Of a DNA stretch of 64,000 nt, positions 1 through 9,100 are shown in pieces. Within the stretch, counting starts at the first letter, position 1. Each line of letters begins with the position of its first letter. The position numbers and the translations under genes are program-made. The notes beneath the pieces were generated by a model that was given only the letters and a program-made list of their open reading frames with translations, was not told the DNA's origin and searched no databases. This DNA comes from a virus: the IMG/VR virus record IMGVR_UViG_3300020048_000039, positions 64,314 to 128,313 of that record. One strand, written 5' to 3'.

Positions 1-570
1 CACAAGGCAATCAGGCATTATATAGCAATACTACTGGTATTAATAACATTGCACAAGGCAATTCTGCATTATATAGCAATACTACAGGTGGTGACAATAT
101 TGCACAAGGCTATTCTGCATTATATGGCAATGTTACAGGTAGTAATAACATTGCACAAGGCAATAATGCATTAGTCAACAATACTACAGGTAGTCATAAC
201 ATTGCACAAGGCAATAATGCATTAGCCAGCAATACTGAAGGTAGTTATAACATTGCACAAGGCAATTCAGCATTATATAGTAATACTACAGGTTATGATA
301 ACATTGCACAAGGCAATTCAGCATTATCTGCCAATATAAGTGGTTATAATAACATTGCACAAGGCATTCAGGCATTAATGGCTAATACTACAGGTTGTGA
401 TAACATTGCACAAGGAGTACAAGCATTATATAGCAATACTACAGGTTGTAATAACATTGCACATGGCTATGGAGCATTATCCAGCAATGTAAGTGGCTAT
501 GATAACATTGCACAAGGCTATGGAGCATTATCCAGCAATGTAAGTGGCTGTAATAACATTGCTATTGGTT
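1..570 (+). repeat. 51-nt tandem coding repeat (11 complete cores plus a partial one)
   Basis: The a(c/t)attgc core recurs at 46, 97, 148, 199, 250, 301, 352, 403, 454, 505 and 556, exactly 51 nt apart. Confidence 0.95.
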
Positions 571-995
571 ATTCATCGGGTGCTGATGATTTACTCATTA
601 TATCTACAGAATGTAATCATGTGGTAATTGGCAATAACAGCACCACTTGTGCAGTAGCTAAAGTAGCTTGGACAACCACTTCTGACGAACGTGATAAAAT
701 GAACTTTGGCATAGTGCCATATGGATTGGATTTTGTAAATGAGTTGAATCCAATATCATATCAATTCAGGACATCAAGATGTATTGATGAACCAAGCGGT
801 GGAATAAAATATGGTTTCAAAGCACAAGACATATTAGCTTTAGAAGGTGAGAATCCTGTAATTATAAGTAATAATGACATTGAGCATTTGAAATACAATG
901 AGTCATCATTAATTCCAGTATATGCTAATGCAATAAAGGAATTGACGATTAAGATTCAAGAATTGGAAAATAGATTAACACTATTGGAAAAATAA
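1..995 (+). CDS. 5'-truncated tail fibre/adhesin-like protein: 17-aa NIAQGxxALxxNxxGxx repeats plus C-terminal intramolecular chaperone (peptidase S74-like) domain
   Basis: Frame 3 is open from the window start to the stop at 993-995; the track's Met at 378 is internal. Repeats are followed by TSDERDK...YQF...YGFKAQ...LIPVYANAIKEL and a terminal coiled coil, the typical S74 chaperone pattern. Confidence 0.8.
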   Translation, partial: QGNQALYSNTTGINNIAQGNSALYSNTTGGDNIAQGYSALYGNVTGSNNIAQGNNALVNNTTGSHNIAQGNNALASNTEGSYNIAQGNSALYSNTTGYDNIAQGNSALSANISGYNNIAQGIQALMANTTGCDNIAQGVQALYSNTTGCNNIAHGYGALSSNVSGYDNIAQGYGALSSNVSGCNNIAIGYSSGADDLLIISTECNHVVIGNNSTTCAVAKVAWTTTSDERDKMNFGIVPYGLDFVNELNPISYQFRTSRCIDEPSGGIKYGFKAQDILALEGENPVIISNNDIEHLKYNESSLIPVYANAIKELTIKIQELENRLTLLEK

Positions 996-997
996 TA

Positions 998-1006
998 GTA
1001 TTTATA
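998..1006 (+). promoter_or_regulatory. GTATTTAT motif (putative phage late promoter)
   Basis: GTATTTATA in the intergenic gap before ORF 1043; the same motif precedes many other genes. Confidence 0.6.
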
Positions 1007-1042
1007 TTAAAAATAACATTAAAAGCTAAAAACTAAGAAAAA

Positions 1043-1327
1043 ATGGCACTAATTAAAGATTACTATAATCCACAATTTAATTTAACCGTTGCTGGATGCT
1101 ACTGGAAAATAGAAGTAGATAATGGAATTCAGGGTGGGAAGGAAAAACTTAATGTGAGAATGAATTGCTTTAAAACTAAGGAAATTGCCGATACTAATCA
1201 AGATAAGTATATGGATTTTGATTTCCAATTTACGCCTGATTTAACAGACACAGCACCTAATTTCATTGCACAGGCATACACGTTTGTAAAAACATTGCCC
1301 GAATTTACAACTGCTGTTGACGCATAA
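1043..1327 (+). CDS. hypothetical protein (possibly tail-fibre associated)
   Basis: 94-aa ORF directly downstream of the fibre gene; no recognised motif. Confidence 0.7.
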   Translation: MALIKDYYNPQFNLTVAGCYWKIEVDNGIQGGKEKLNVRMNCFKTKEIADTNQDKYMDFDFQFTPDLTDTAPNFIAQAYTFVKTLPEFTTAVDA

Positions 1328-1351
1328 CGCTAAATAGATTAATTGTTTCAT

Positions 1352-1388
1352 AAATAACGAGTTTGTGTCAGACATAAACTCGTTATTT
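1352..1388 (+). terminator. intrinsic terminator hairpin
   Basis: Inverted repeat aaataacgagtttgtgtc / gacataaactcgttattt after the stop of ORF 1043. Confidence 0.75.
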
Positions 1389-1390
1389 TA

Positions 1391-1399
1391 GTATTTATA
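1391..1399 (+). promoter_or_regulatory. GTATTTAT motif
   Basis: Directly after the hairpin and 20 nt before ATG 1420. Confidence 0.65.
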
Positions 1400-1419
1400 T
1401 AAACCAAATACAATCTAAC

Positions 1420-1833
1420 ATGAATTACAGTACATTTGACACAAATAATTTCTTTATTAAGAAGGATAGTACCCTTCCTGAATTAAAATATCCACTTGTT
1501 CAACAATTAAGGGAACAATATGATATTAGCGATTCGATGCTCGAAAATGTCGCAGTCACATTCTCTATGATTGATGCAATGACTGGATTATATCGTATTG
1601 CGAATGTTGCTGGCAATCTTGTTATTGTTAATGACCCTGCTGCTCACCCTGACGAAGAAAAGTATACACTTACTTATAGATTCAAACTGAATGATACAAG
1701 AAAGAGTGGAAGGTTTTTGGGGGAATTTAAATTAGACGCACTTGGTGAGAATTGTGGGAAAATTACGTTGCCAGTCAATGGGTATATTAACATAATTATT
1801 TCAGATGGAATTACTAAAACTACAGTAATTTAA
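1420..1833 (+). CDS. hypothetical virion-associated protein (weak resemblance to BppU N-terminal Ig-like domain)
   Basis: FFIKKDSTLPEL...VTFSM...TYRF...GRFLGEF pattern; product assignment is weak. Confidence 0.45.
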   Translation: MNYSTFDTNNFFIKKDSTLPELKYPLVQQLREQYDISDSMLENVAVTFSMIDAMTGLYRIANVAGNLVIVNDPAAHPDEEKYTLTYRFKLNDTRKSGRFLGEFKLDALGENCGKITLPVNGYINIIISDGITKTTVI

Positions 1834-1836
1834 TTT

Positions 1837-1868
1837 CTTGCATTATTAGAATTTTTGAATTACTTTTG
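1837..1868 (+). promoter_or_regulatory. Bacteroidota sigma-A-type promoter (-33 TTG, -7 TAnnTTTG)
   Basis: cttg at 1837-1840 and TACTTTTG at 1861-1868, 17 nt before the helicase ATG. Confidence 0.65.
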
Positions 1869-1885
1869 CATACTAATATAATTCT

Positions 1886-4852
1886 ATGCAAGAGATACCA
1901 ATTTTTATTGTGCATTGTGAGCGAATACCACGAAGGCAAGCATACTATGTTAGGTTTCCACTTAATGATGGTCTTGTTGAAAAAATAAAAAGTCTTCCCG
2001 AAGACACCCGAAAATGGAGTGCTCTTAATTTGGCATGGGAAGTCAGTGCCTATTCATTATTCCTTTTAATTAAGAAGTACACTAAGTCAACCAAAATCCA
2101 TTTCGATTTCGGCAATGATATTAGCCGTGGAATATTTATTGAGCAGGTTAAGAAAATTGAGATTGCCGAAGAAGAAAAAAGACTATTCATTGCTGACCTT
2201 AATATAAAGAAAGAGCATTGGGTTAAATATAAGGAAGAACTCGAAACTGAATACGTTAAGTATAGTGATAAAATGCACGCATTACTTAACGGTGATGTTA
2301 AATTATACAAGCACCAAATCACTGCTGCTCTTTTCATGAATGCCACCCGAAATGCATTAATTTCACATGAAATGGGTCTCGGAAAGAGCTTATCTTCAAT
2401 ACTTTACGTTGAAATGAATAAATTCGATAAAGTAGTAGTTGTTACTCCAAATTCTTTAAAGTTTAACTATTATTATGAAGTGGAGAAGTTCACTCAAAGC
2501 AATTCACACATAGTCAAGTGGAGAAAGAATAAATGCAGTATTGAAGATGCAAAATACATTATTGTTAATTATGATTTCTTCAACCCAAGTAGTAAAGAAG
2601 CATTTAAAGCAAAATGGGATAAACTTAAGATTGGTAAGGTTGATGCAGTGATTTGTGACGAATGTTTTCCATATAATACACCCGTTGAAACCAATATGGG
2701 TTCAGTGATGATTGGTGATATTGTGAGCCATAAACTTAATGTTAAAATTATATCCTATAATCATAGATTAAAAAAAATTGAACTAAAATCAGTTAAGAGG
2801 TATTTATATAGAGGATATAAAGATATCGTTAAAATTAAATTATCGAACGGGAAAATAATTGAATGTACACCAGAGCATAAATTTTATTCTGTTGATAGAA
2901 ATAAATATATACCAATTAAGGATTTTAATTATGGAGAAAGACTATATGAATACGAGAAAGAAAAAAATATCGACAACAATAGTAGTCTGTCCACAATGTG
3001 GGGTGGAGTTCAAGCAAAAGCGAAGCTCACAAAAATTTTGTTCAAAAAGGTGTTCGGTTGCTTTTACTTCAAAAGAGAATATAATAAAAGCATTGAAGAC
3101 AAGAAAAATGAATGGGAATTTATCACCAATTGTGACGAGAAAGTGCCAACATTGCGAAAAAGATTTTTCTGTTCAAGAAAGAATAGTCCAAAGATTTTGC
3201 TCAACAAATTGTTCGGCAAAATGGAGAATGATGCAGCCAGAAATAAGAATGGTGGTATATACAAAAGAATCTGGTCAGAAGATTTCAAAAGCAATTACGG
3301 AAAGCTACATCAAAAAACCAGAATTGAGAGAGCGTCTCTCGAAGAGAATGAAAGAAGTCAATCCAATGTCTCTATTAATAAATATAGAAAAAATGAAAGC
3401 AAAAAAACTAAACAGTACTTTTCTTTCAAGAGGTGGAAATGGACAATTAACCAAACAGCAATTAAAATTATATGGAGCAATTTCTGGAATGACTCAAATG
3501 AAAATGGAATTAGCAATACCAGTATTAATGCCACTAAGAAAAATGAATTTAATAGTAACTTCACCACCAACACACTACAAGGTGGATATTGGAATACCGA
3601 GTCTGAATTTAGCGATAGAGGTGGATGGAAATTCCCACAAAACGAAGAAATGGAAATTTTTAGACAAAAGAAAAACGGAAATTTTAGAATTGTTAGGGTG
3701 GAAAGTATTGAGATTTTGGAATCAAGAGATAGACGAAAATTTGGAACAGGTGGTAGCCAAAATAAAGGTGTTTATGATTTAGAAATTGAAGATAATCACA
3801 ATTTTTTCGCTAATAATATACTTGTGAGTAATTGTCAGAAGCTCAAAAATATTAAAGCAAATACTTATAAGAATTTCAGCAAGACATTTAGAAAAGATGC
3901 ATTTAAGAATGAAAAGGTAAGTAAAATATTCTTATCTGGAACTCCTGCACCTAATCGTGCACATGAATTGTATTCGGTTTTAAACCAAATATCCCCAACT
4001 GATTTTGCAACAAAGAAATACTTTAATGAATATTATTGTGGTATGGTATATGATTTTACATATGGTTGGGGTTATGACCCTGACCAAATGGAAACTCGTT
4101 TTGAAGAACTCTATCACAAAATTGCACCATTTACTCATAGAAAGAGAAAATCCGAAGTACTGAAAGACCTTCCAGATAAAATCTATCAAAAGGTTATGCT
4201 GGAAATGGACGATAGTGAATATAAGATTTATGATGAAATAGAATCTGGTGTTGCTAATGAATTTGTATTGCACCCAAATGGCAATGCCTTGACCACAATG
4301 GTTCGTTTAAGACAATATACTTCACACATTAAAATTAAACCAGTTATTGAGTTGATTGAGAATATCTTAGAAACTGGTGAAAAGGTTGTGGTTGTGGATT
4401 TCTTTAAGGAAGGTCTTTATGAATTAAAGAAACAGCTTGGTGATGTAGCAGCACTGCATACTGGCGACCAATCACCCGAAGTACGTGCTGACTTAGTTAA
4501 AGAGTTCCAAGACCCAAACGGTAAGATAAAAGTATTCCTTGGCTCAATACAAACATGTAATTATGGTTTGACATTAACAGCAGCCAGTAAGCTATTTATT
4601 TTATCACTACCATTCAGTGTTGGGGAATACGACCAAGTTGCAGACCGTTTACATAGAATTGGTCAAAAGGATGTTGTGAATATCTATCCACTGATGTTCA
4701 GGGATTCTATTGATGAATATGTGTATGCTGCAATTGAGAGTAAGCGTAAGGAAATTGTTAAAGTAATTGACAACGAAGACTACGAATCAAAAGTCGGTGA
4801 ATCAATATTAAGTGAAGTCATTAAAAAAATAAAGGAAAAACATGGGAAGTAG
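1886..4852 (+). CDS. SNF2-family (HARP/SMARCAL1-like) helicase, intein-containing precursor; about 598 aa after splicing
   Basis: Walker A HEMGLGKS; Walker B VICDE|CQ split by the intein; motif III LSGTPAPN; motif VI QVADRLHRIGQ; HARP-like N-terminus. Confidence 0.9.
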   Translation: MQEIPIFIVHCERIPRRQAYYVRFPLNDGLVEKIKSLPEDTRKWSALNLAWEVSAYSLFLLIKKYTKSTKIHFDFGNDISRGIFIEQVKKIEIAEEEKRLFIADLNIKKEHWVKYKEELETEYVKYSDKMHALLNGDVKLYKHQITAALFMNATRNALISHEMGLGKSLSSILYVEMNKFDKVVVVTPNSLKFNYYYEVEKFTQSNSHIVKWRKNKCSIEDAKYIIVNYDFFNPSSKEAFKAKWDKLKIGKVDAVICDECFPYNTPVETNMGSVMIGDIVSHKLNVKIISYNHRLKKIELKSVKRYLYRGYKDIVKIKLSNGKIIECTPEHKFYSVDRNKYIPIKDFNYGERLYEYEKEKNIDNNSSLSTMWGGVQAKAKLTKILFKKVFGCFYFKREYNKSIEDKKNEWEFITNCDEKVPTLRKRFFCSRKNSPKILLNKLFGKMENDAARNKNGGIYKRIWSEDFKSNYGKLHQKTRIERASLEENERSQSNVSINKYRKNESKKTKQYFSFKRWKWTINQTAIKIIWSNFWNDSNENGISNTSINATKKNEFNSNFTTNTLQGGYWNTESEFSDRGGWKFPQNEEMEIFRQKKNGNFRIVRVESIEILESRDRRKFGTGGSQNKGVYDLEIEDNHNFFANNILVSNCQKLKNIKANTYKNFSKTFRKDAFKNEKVSKIFLSGTPAPNRAHELYSVLNQISPTDFATKKYFNEYYCGMVYDFTYGWGYDPDQMETRFEELYHKIAPFTHRKRKSEVLKDLPDKIYQKVMLEMDDSEYKIYDEIESGVANEFVLHPNGNALTTMVRLRQYTSHIKIKPVIELIENILETGEKVVVVDFFKEGLYELKKQLGDVAALHTGDQSPEVRADLVKEFQDPNGKIKVFLGSIQTCNYGLTLTAASKLFILSLPFSVGEYDQVADRLHRIGQKDVVNIYPLMFRDSIDEYVYAAIESKRKEIVKVIDNEDYESKVGESILSEVIKKIKEKHGK
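2663..3832 (+). mobile_element. intein (390 aa) inserted in helicase Walker B, between DE and CQ
   Basis: N-terminal C (CFPYNTPVET), block B IECTPEHKF, block F VYDLEIEDNHNF, C-terminal VSN followed by +1 Cys. Confidence 0.92.
2931..3782 (+). CDS. Zn-finger + Vsr/DUF559-like PD-(D/E)XK endonuclease nested in the +1 frame of the intein
   Basis: CPQC..FCSKRC and CQHC..FCSTNC repeats; C-terminal VDIG..NLAIEVDGNSH..D..K...LGWKVLRFWNQEI. Start at ATG 2931, or at ATG 2946 which has GGAG 9 nt upstream. Confidence 0.85.
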   Translation: MEKDYMNTRKKKISTTIVVCPQCGVEFKQKRSSQKFCSKRCSVAFTSKENIIKALKTRKMNGNLSPIVTRKCQHCEKDFSVQERIVQRFCSTNCSAKWRMMQPEIRMVVYTKESGQKISKAITESYIKKPELRERLSKRMKEVNPMSLLINIEKMKAKKLNSTFLSRGGNGQLTKQQLKLYGAISGMTQMKMELAIPVLMPLRKMNLIVTSPPTHYKVDIGIPSLNLAIEVDGNSHKTKKWKFLDKRKTEILELLGWKVLRFWNQEIDENLEQVVAKIKVFMI

Positions 4853-5201
4853 ATATGTTCATGGTATGAATCCGTTTCGTGATTTCTTAGTTGAGTCACT
4901 AAAATATGAATACAATATTGCAGGAAAAGCAGAAAAACGAGAGATTGACAACTCTTTTAAATATATTTTAGAAAACGTTTTGAATAACGGAAAAGAGGCT
5001 GTACATTTGGACTTTGAAATCATCGATAAAAACGGTTGGTATAGTGTTAGGGGTAAAAACCCGCCAAGTGCACTGTGGCTCAGTGGAATACTGGTCGAAA
5101 ATGTTGAGTATATGTTAGATGCCAAGTCATTCGAAATTGGTGATAGAAAGTACAAATACAACCAAAAAACAGGTGAATTAACTTTTAAATTAAAAAAATG
5201 A
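4842..5201 (+). CDS. hypothetical protein
   Basis: 119-aa ORF overlapping both neighbours in operon-like fashion. Confidence 0.7.
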   Translation: MGSRYVHGMNPFRDFLVESLKYEYNIAGKAEKREIDNSFKYILENVLNNGKEAVHLDFEIIDKNGWYSVRGKNPPSALWLSGILVENVEYMLDAKSFEIGDRKYKYNQKTGELTFKLKK

Positions 5202-6154
5202 AGAAAAGTGTTGCAGTATTGTTCTCAGGTGGATTAGACTCCACCTATTTGGTGTGGAAAAATTTATCGGAAGGAAACACAGTATTTCCAGTTTACATCG
5301 AAATCACTAACAATCAAGTTAAATCTGTTTTGGAGAAAAATAGAATTGGGTTGTTGCGTAGAGAATTTCTAAAGGAGTTTAAGACTCCAATTGGTGATTG
5401 GGAAGAACCACTCGCAAATATTAATTATTTGTTAAGTGTTGGTGTTGATGCAAATGAAAGTGCATTGCGTTTGAGACAATTACCTGTTTGGATGGTAGGA
5501 TTATCATTTATGCAAAGCATGAAAGTTGATGAAATTCAAATTGGCTATGTGTCAAATGATGATGCAATATCATATTTGGATGAAATTCAGGCTATTTACA
5601 AGTCTTATGAAAAGATTACGGAAACGACAATGATACCATTAACATTTCCATTAATAAAGAAACATAAATGGGAAATGGCATCTGAATTGCCAAATCAATA
5701 TTTGAAGTTGGTAATTAGTTGTGAGGGTGCTCATATTGTTAAAGAAAAGGACAGAGAATTAGTTTCGAAGAATGTATATGGTAGTAGTGGTGTAGCATCT
5801 GACCCTGATTATCTTATTGAGTATGAACCATGTTGTGATTGTCAACCCTGTAAAACAATAATGGCAACTGGAAGTTATTATGGTGTATATGAATTTCCTG
5901 AAAACTATAAAAAACGTGTTGTTTATAATCATATTTGGGCATTATATCGTGAGGGATATAAAATAACCGATAAAGATGGAAAAAATCCATGTGAACCTGC
6001 AACACTTGACTATGCGAAATTCACTCCATACCAAATGGAATTACCACTCGATTGGTGTAACTACATACCAACGTTAGATTGCTGCGCTTGGAAGGGTGAA
6101 GAGAAATTGGCTGACCTTGAAGCCGATGGATGTTGTGATATTAGAAAAGCTTAA
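5198..6154 (+). CDS. queC: QueC-like PP-loop ATPase (7-cyano-7-deazaguanine synthase family)
   Basis: N-terminal VAVLFSGGLDST PP-loop; Cys cluster SC...PCCDCQPC resembling the QueC Zn site. Confidence 0.65.
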   Translation: MKKSVAVLFSGGLDSTYLVWKNLSEGNTVFPVYIEITNNQVKSVLEKNRIGLLRREFLKEFKTPIGDWEEPLANINYLLSVGVDANESALRLRQLPVWMVGLSFMQSMKVDEIQIGYVSNDDAISYLDEIQAIYKSYEKITETTMIPLTFPLIKKHKWEMASELPNQYLKLVISCEGAHIVKEKDRELVSKNVYGSSGVASDPDYLIEYEPCCDCQPCKTIMATGSYYGVYEFPENYKKRVVYNHIWALYREGYKITDKDGKNPCEPATLDYAKFTPYQMELPLDWCNYIPTLDCCAWKGEEKLADLEADGCCDIRKA

Positions 6155-6169
6155 AACAAATAAAACTGA

Positions 6170-9100
6170 ATGGATAAATTAAATGTATTAGCAGAAATTA
6201 AGGGATTCCTTGAGGGTTATAATGACGATTTAAAATATTTGGTAAATGTCGAAACCGACAATAACACCAATATTGCAGATTGCGTCATTCATGAACCAAA
6301 TAAAGAGCCAAGGATTGTAAAAATTCCCTACGAACCTTTCTTATACATGAAAGACTTGGGTAAGGCTAATCATACTTTGTATGAAGGTCACACCGAAGAA
6401 TACATGGTGAGTAAACAAATTAAATATGGTATTACCATAGCTAAATTAAAAACTGGCAATCAGAAACGTTTGGTTAATGGATATTGCTATAAACTAACAA
6501 GTAGTAGGTCATATAATGATATCATCAACTATATTAGGGATGGTGGATTAAATCCATATGAAAAACTTGTAGATGATGATGGTAGGGTTGTTAACGATGC
6601 AAAAGGCGAACCAATTTATCCATATCGTGATTTATTTTATTCTGTGAGAGGAACTGAACAATTCTTTATATCGAAACAATGTCGTTTGTTTAAGGGTTTT
6701 GAGGAATATAAAGATGTTCACAAAGTTACATTTGATATTGAAACCACTGGTTTGAGGCATCAAATAGCAAGAATGTTTGCAATTGGTGTCAGAGATAATA
6801 GGGGATTTGAAACAATACTTGAATTGGATAAGTTAGATGACAATGAATCCGAAATCAGATTAATTCAAGACTTCTTTAATTTAATTCAGATTTTAAAACC
6901 TGCTGTAATTTCAGGATATAATTCCGAGAATTTTGACTTTGAGTTTATTCTTGGTAGAGCAAAAGTTCTTAAAATGGATTTGGAAGCAGTTCCCACAAGC
7001 CTCAAAGAAGGGGTTCATTTAAGGAGAAGACCCAATACATCTGTAAAATATGGTAATACTGCTGACAAATTTACTGCTACTGAAATGTGGGGTATTTCTG
7101 TTATTGATATTATTCATGCTACAAAAAAGACTGCTGCTGTTAATACCGAAATTAAAGCAACTGGCTTAAAATATATTGCCAAGCATGAAGGAATTGCGAA
7201 ACCAAATCGTACCTATATTAAGGGTGAAGATAATTCGATTGGAAACTTCTATGCACAAAATAAAACCTTTTTAATTGACGAAAGTAATAATTATATCCAG
7301 TTACCTGCTAAATATCAGGAAGTTGGAAAGAAATTATATGTTCTTCAAGGCAATAAAGGAAGGATTAGTGAAGCAAAGTACAAAGAAAAAAGAAACGAAT
7401 ATCTCAGCGAATGTCCAGAATTTGTAGAATGGTTTAGAAATGAAGCATTATCTAAAGGACTAATTACCTTTATTAGTGGTAAGAAACTTGTTAAGCAATA
7501 CTTGCTTGATGACCTTTGGGAAACTGAACAGGTTGACGAACTCTACAATCAATCATCTTTCATGTTAGGTAAGATTGTTCCAACTACATATCAGCGAGTC
7601 TGTACGATGGGTACTGCTGCTATTTGGAACTTACTTTTAACTGCGTGGAGTTACGAAAACGACTTAGCAATACCAATTTGTGATAAAACCATAAAATTTA
7701 GTGGTGGTTTGGCAAGGTGTTATAAAGTCGGATTTACAAGGCGAATCAAAAAGATTGACTACGCTTCCTTGTATCCTATGATACAGTTATCAGAAGATGT
7801 ATTCCCAATGTTTGATGTTACTGGCGTAATTAAAAAACTTTTACTTTACTTAACAACAACACGCAATATTTACAAGAAACTTGCAAATAGTGATGAACTT
7901 AATGAAGAAGAAGTCATGTTGTTGAAACAAATCGACCATGAAGTTCACATCAAGTATCTTAATAATACTCTGACAACCGAAGACCGTGCTATGTTTAAGA
8001 TTAAACAGCTACCTATCAAGATTTTGAACAACTCGTTGTTCGGTGCTTTGGGTTCTGCTATTTCGTTTAACTGGTCTGATAATGTTTGCGCTGCTCGTAT
8101 TACCTGTACTGGTAGACTTCACCTAAGACATGCAATTGATTGGTTTACTGATTATGATTGTGTGGCTTTACTTGCAGTAACTGACGGTATTAACTTTAAC
8201 TATCCCGAAAAGAGTAGAATTAGAGTTACTGACACTACTCAAACCATTGAAGATGAAGAACAAGATGTTGAAGAAATGTGGCAGTATGGTGGTAAGAAAG
8301 GCTTAAATGCACTTATAGAAAAGTACAATACAGAAGAAATGTCGTCACCATACATGTCTGTTGATGATGATGGAGATTCAATTTCATGTTTGAACCTTTC
8401 ACGTATTAACTATGCAACTCTTTCATTGGCAAAGGATAAGAAAACCAAAGAAATGAAAGAAAAGGTTAAGCTAACTGGTAACACCATAAAGTCAAAAGTA
8501 ATGCCAGAATATATCGAAGAATTTATCGATAAAAGCTTAACTATGGTACTTCATGGTCAAGGCAAAGAGTTTGTGGACTATTATTATGACTATTGTGATA
8601 ATATTCGTTACATGCAAATTCCATTAAAGAAAATTGCAAGTAAGAGTAAGATTAAAATGACTTTAGCTAACTACAAGAAAAGAGGTAAAGATAAAAATGG
8701 TAGGGATAAAGGTATTCAGGCACACATGGAACTTCTATTGGAAAAACGTGCCAAGATAGCCGAAGAACTTTTCGAAGTGCATAAAGAGTCATTTAACCTT
8801 ACTAAAATAAAAAAGGAACTAACTGCTGACGATAAAATGAAGTTTGTTGCCAACTACATGCCACAAGAGCCTGAATTAGATTCTGTTGTATATTATGTTA
8901 ATTCTGGCTACAGGAAATCGCATGGTGATTCACGAAAGATTGTTGATAAATTAACTGGTGAAGAAAGATTCTGTGCCACATTAATCAGCAATGAAGACTT
9001 ACTTGATAATCCAAGCATGACTGGTATCTATAACTACGAAAAATATCTTGATGCATTCAACAAACGTGTTGAGTCATTATTGGTTGGATTTGAACCTGAA

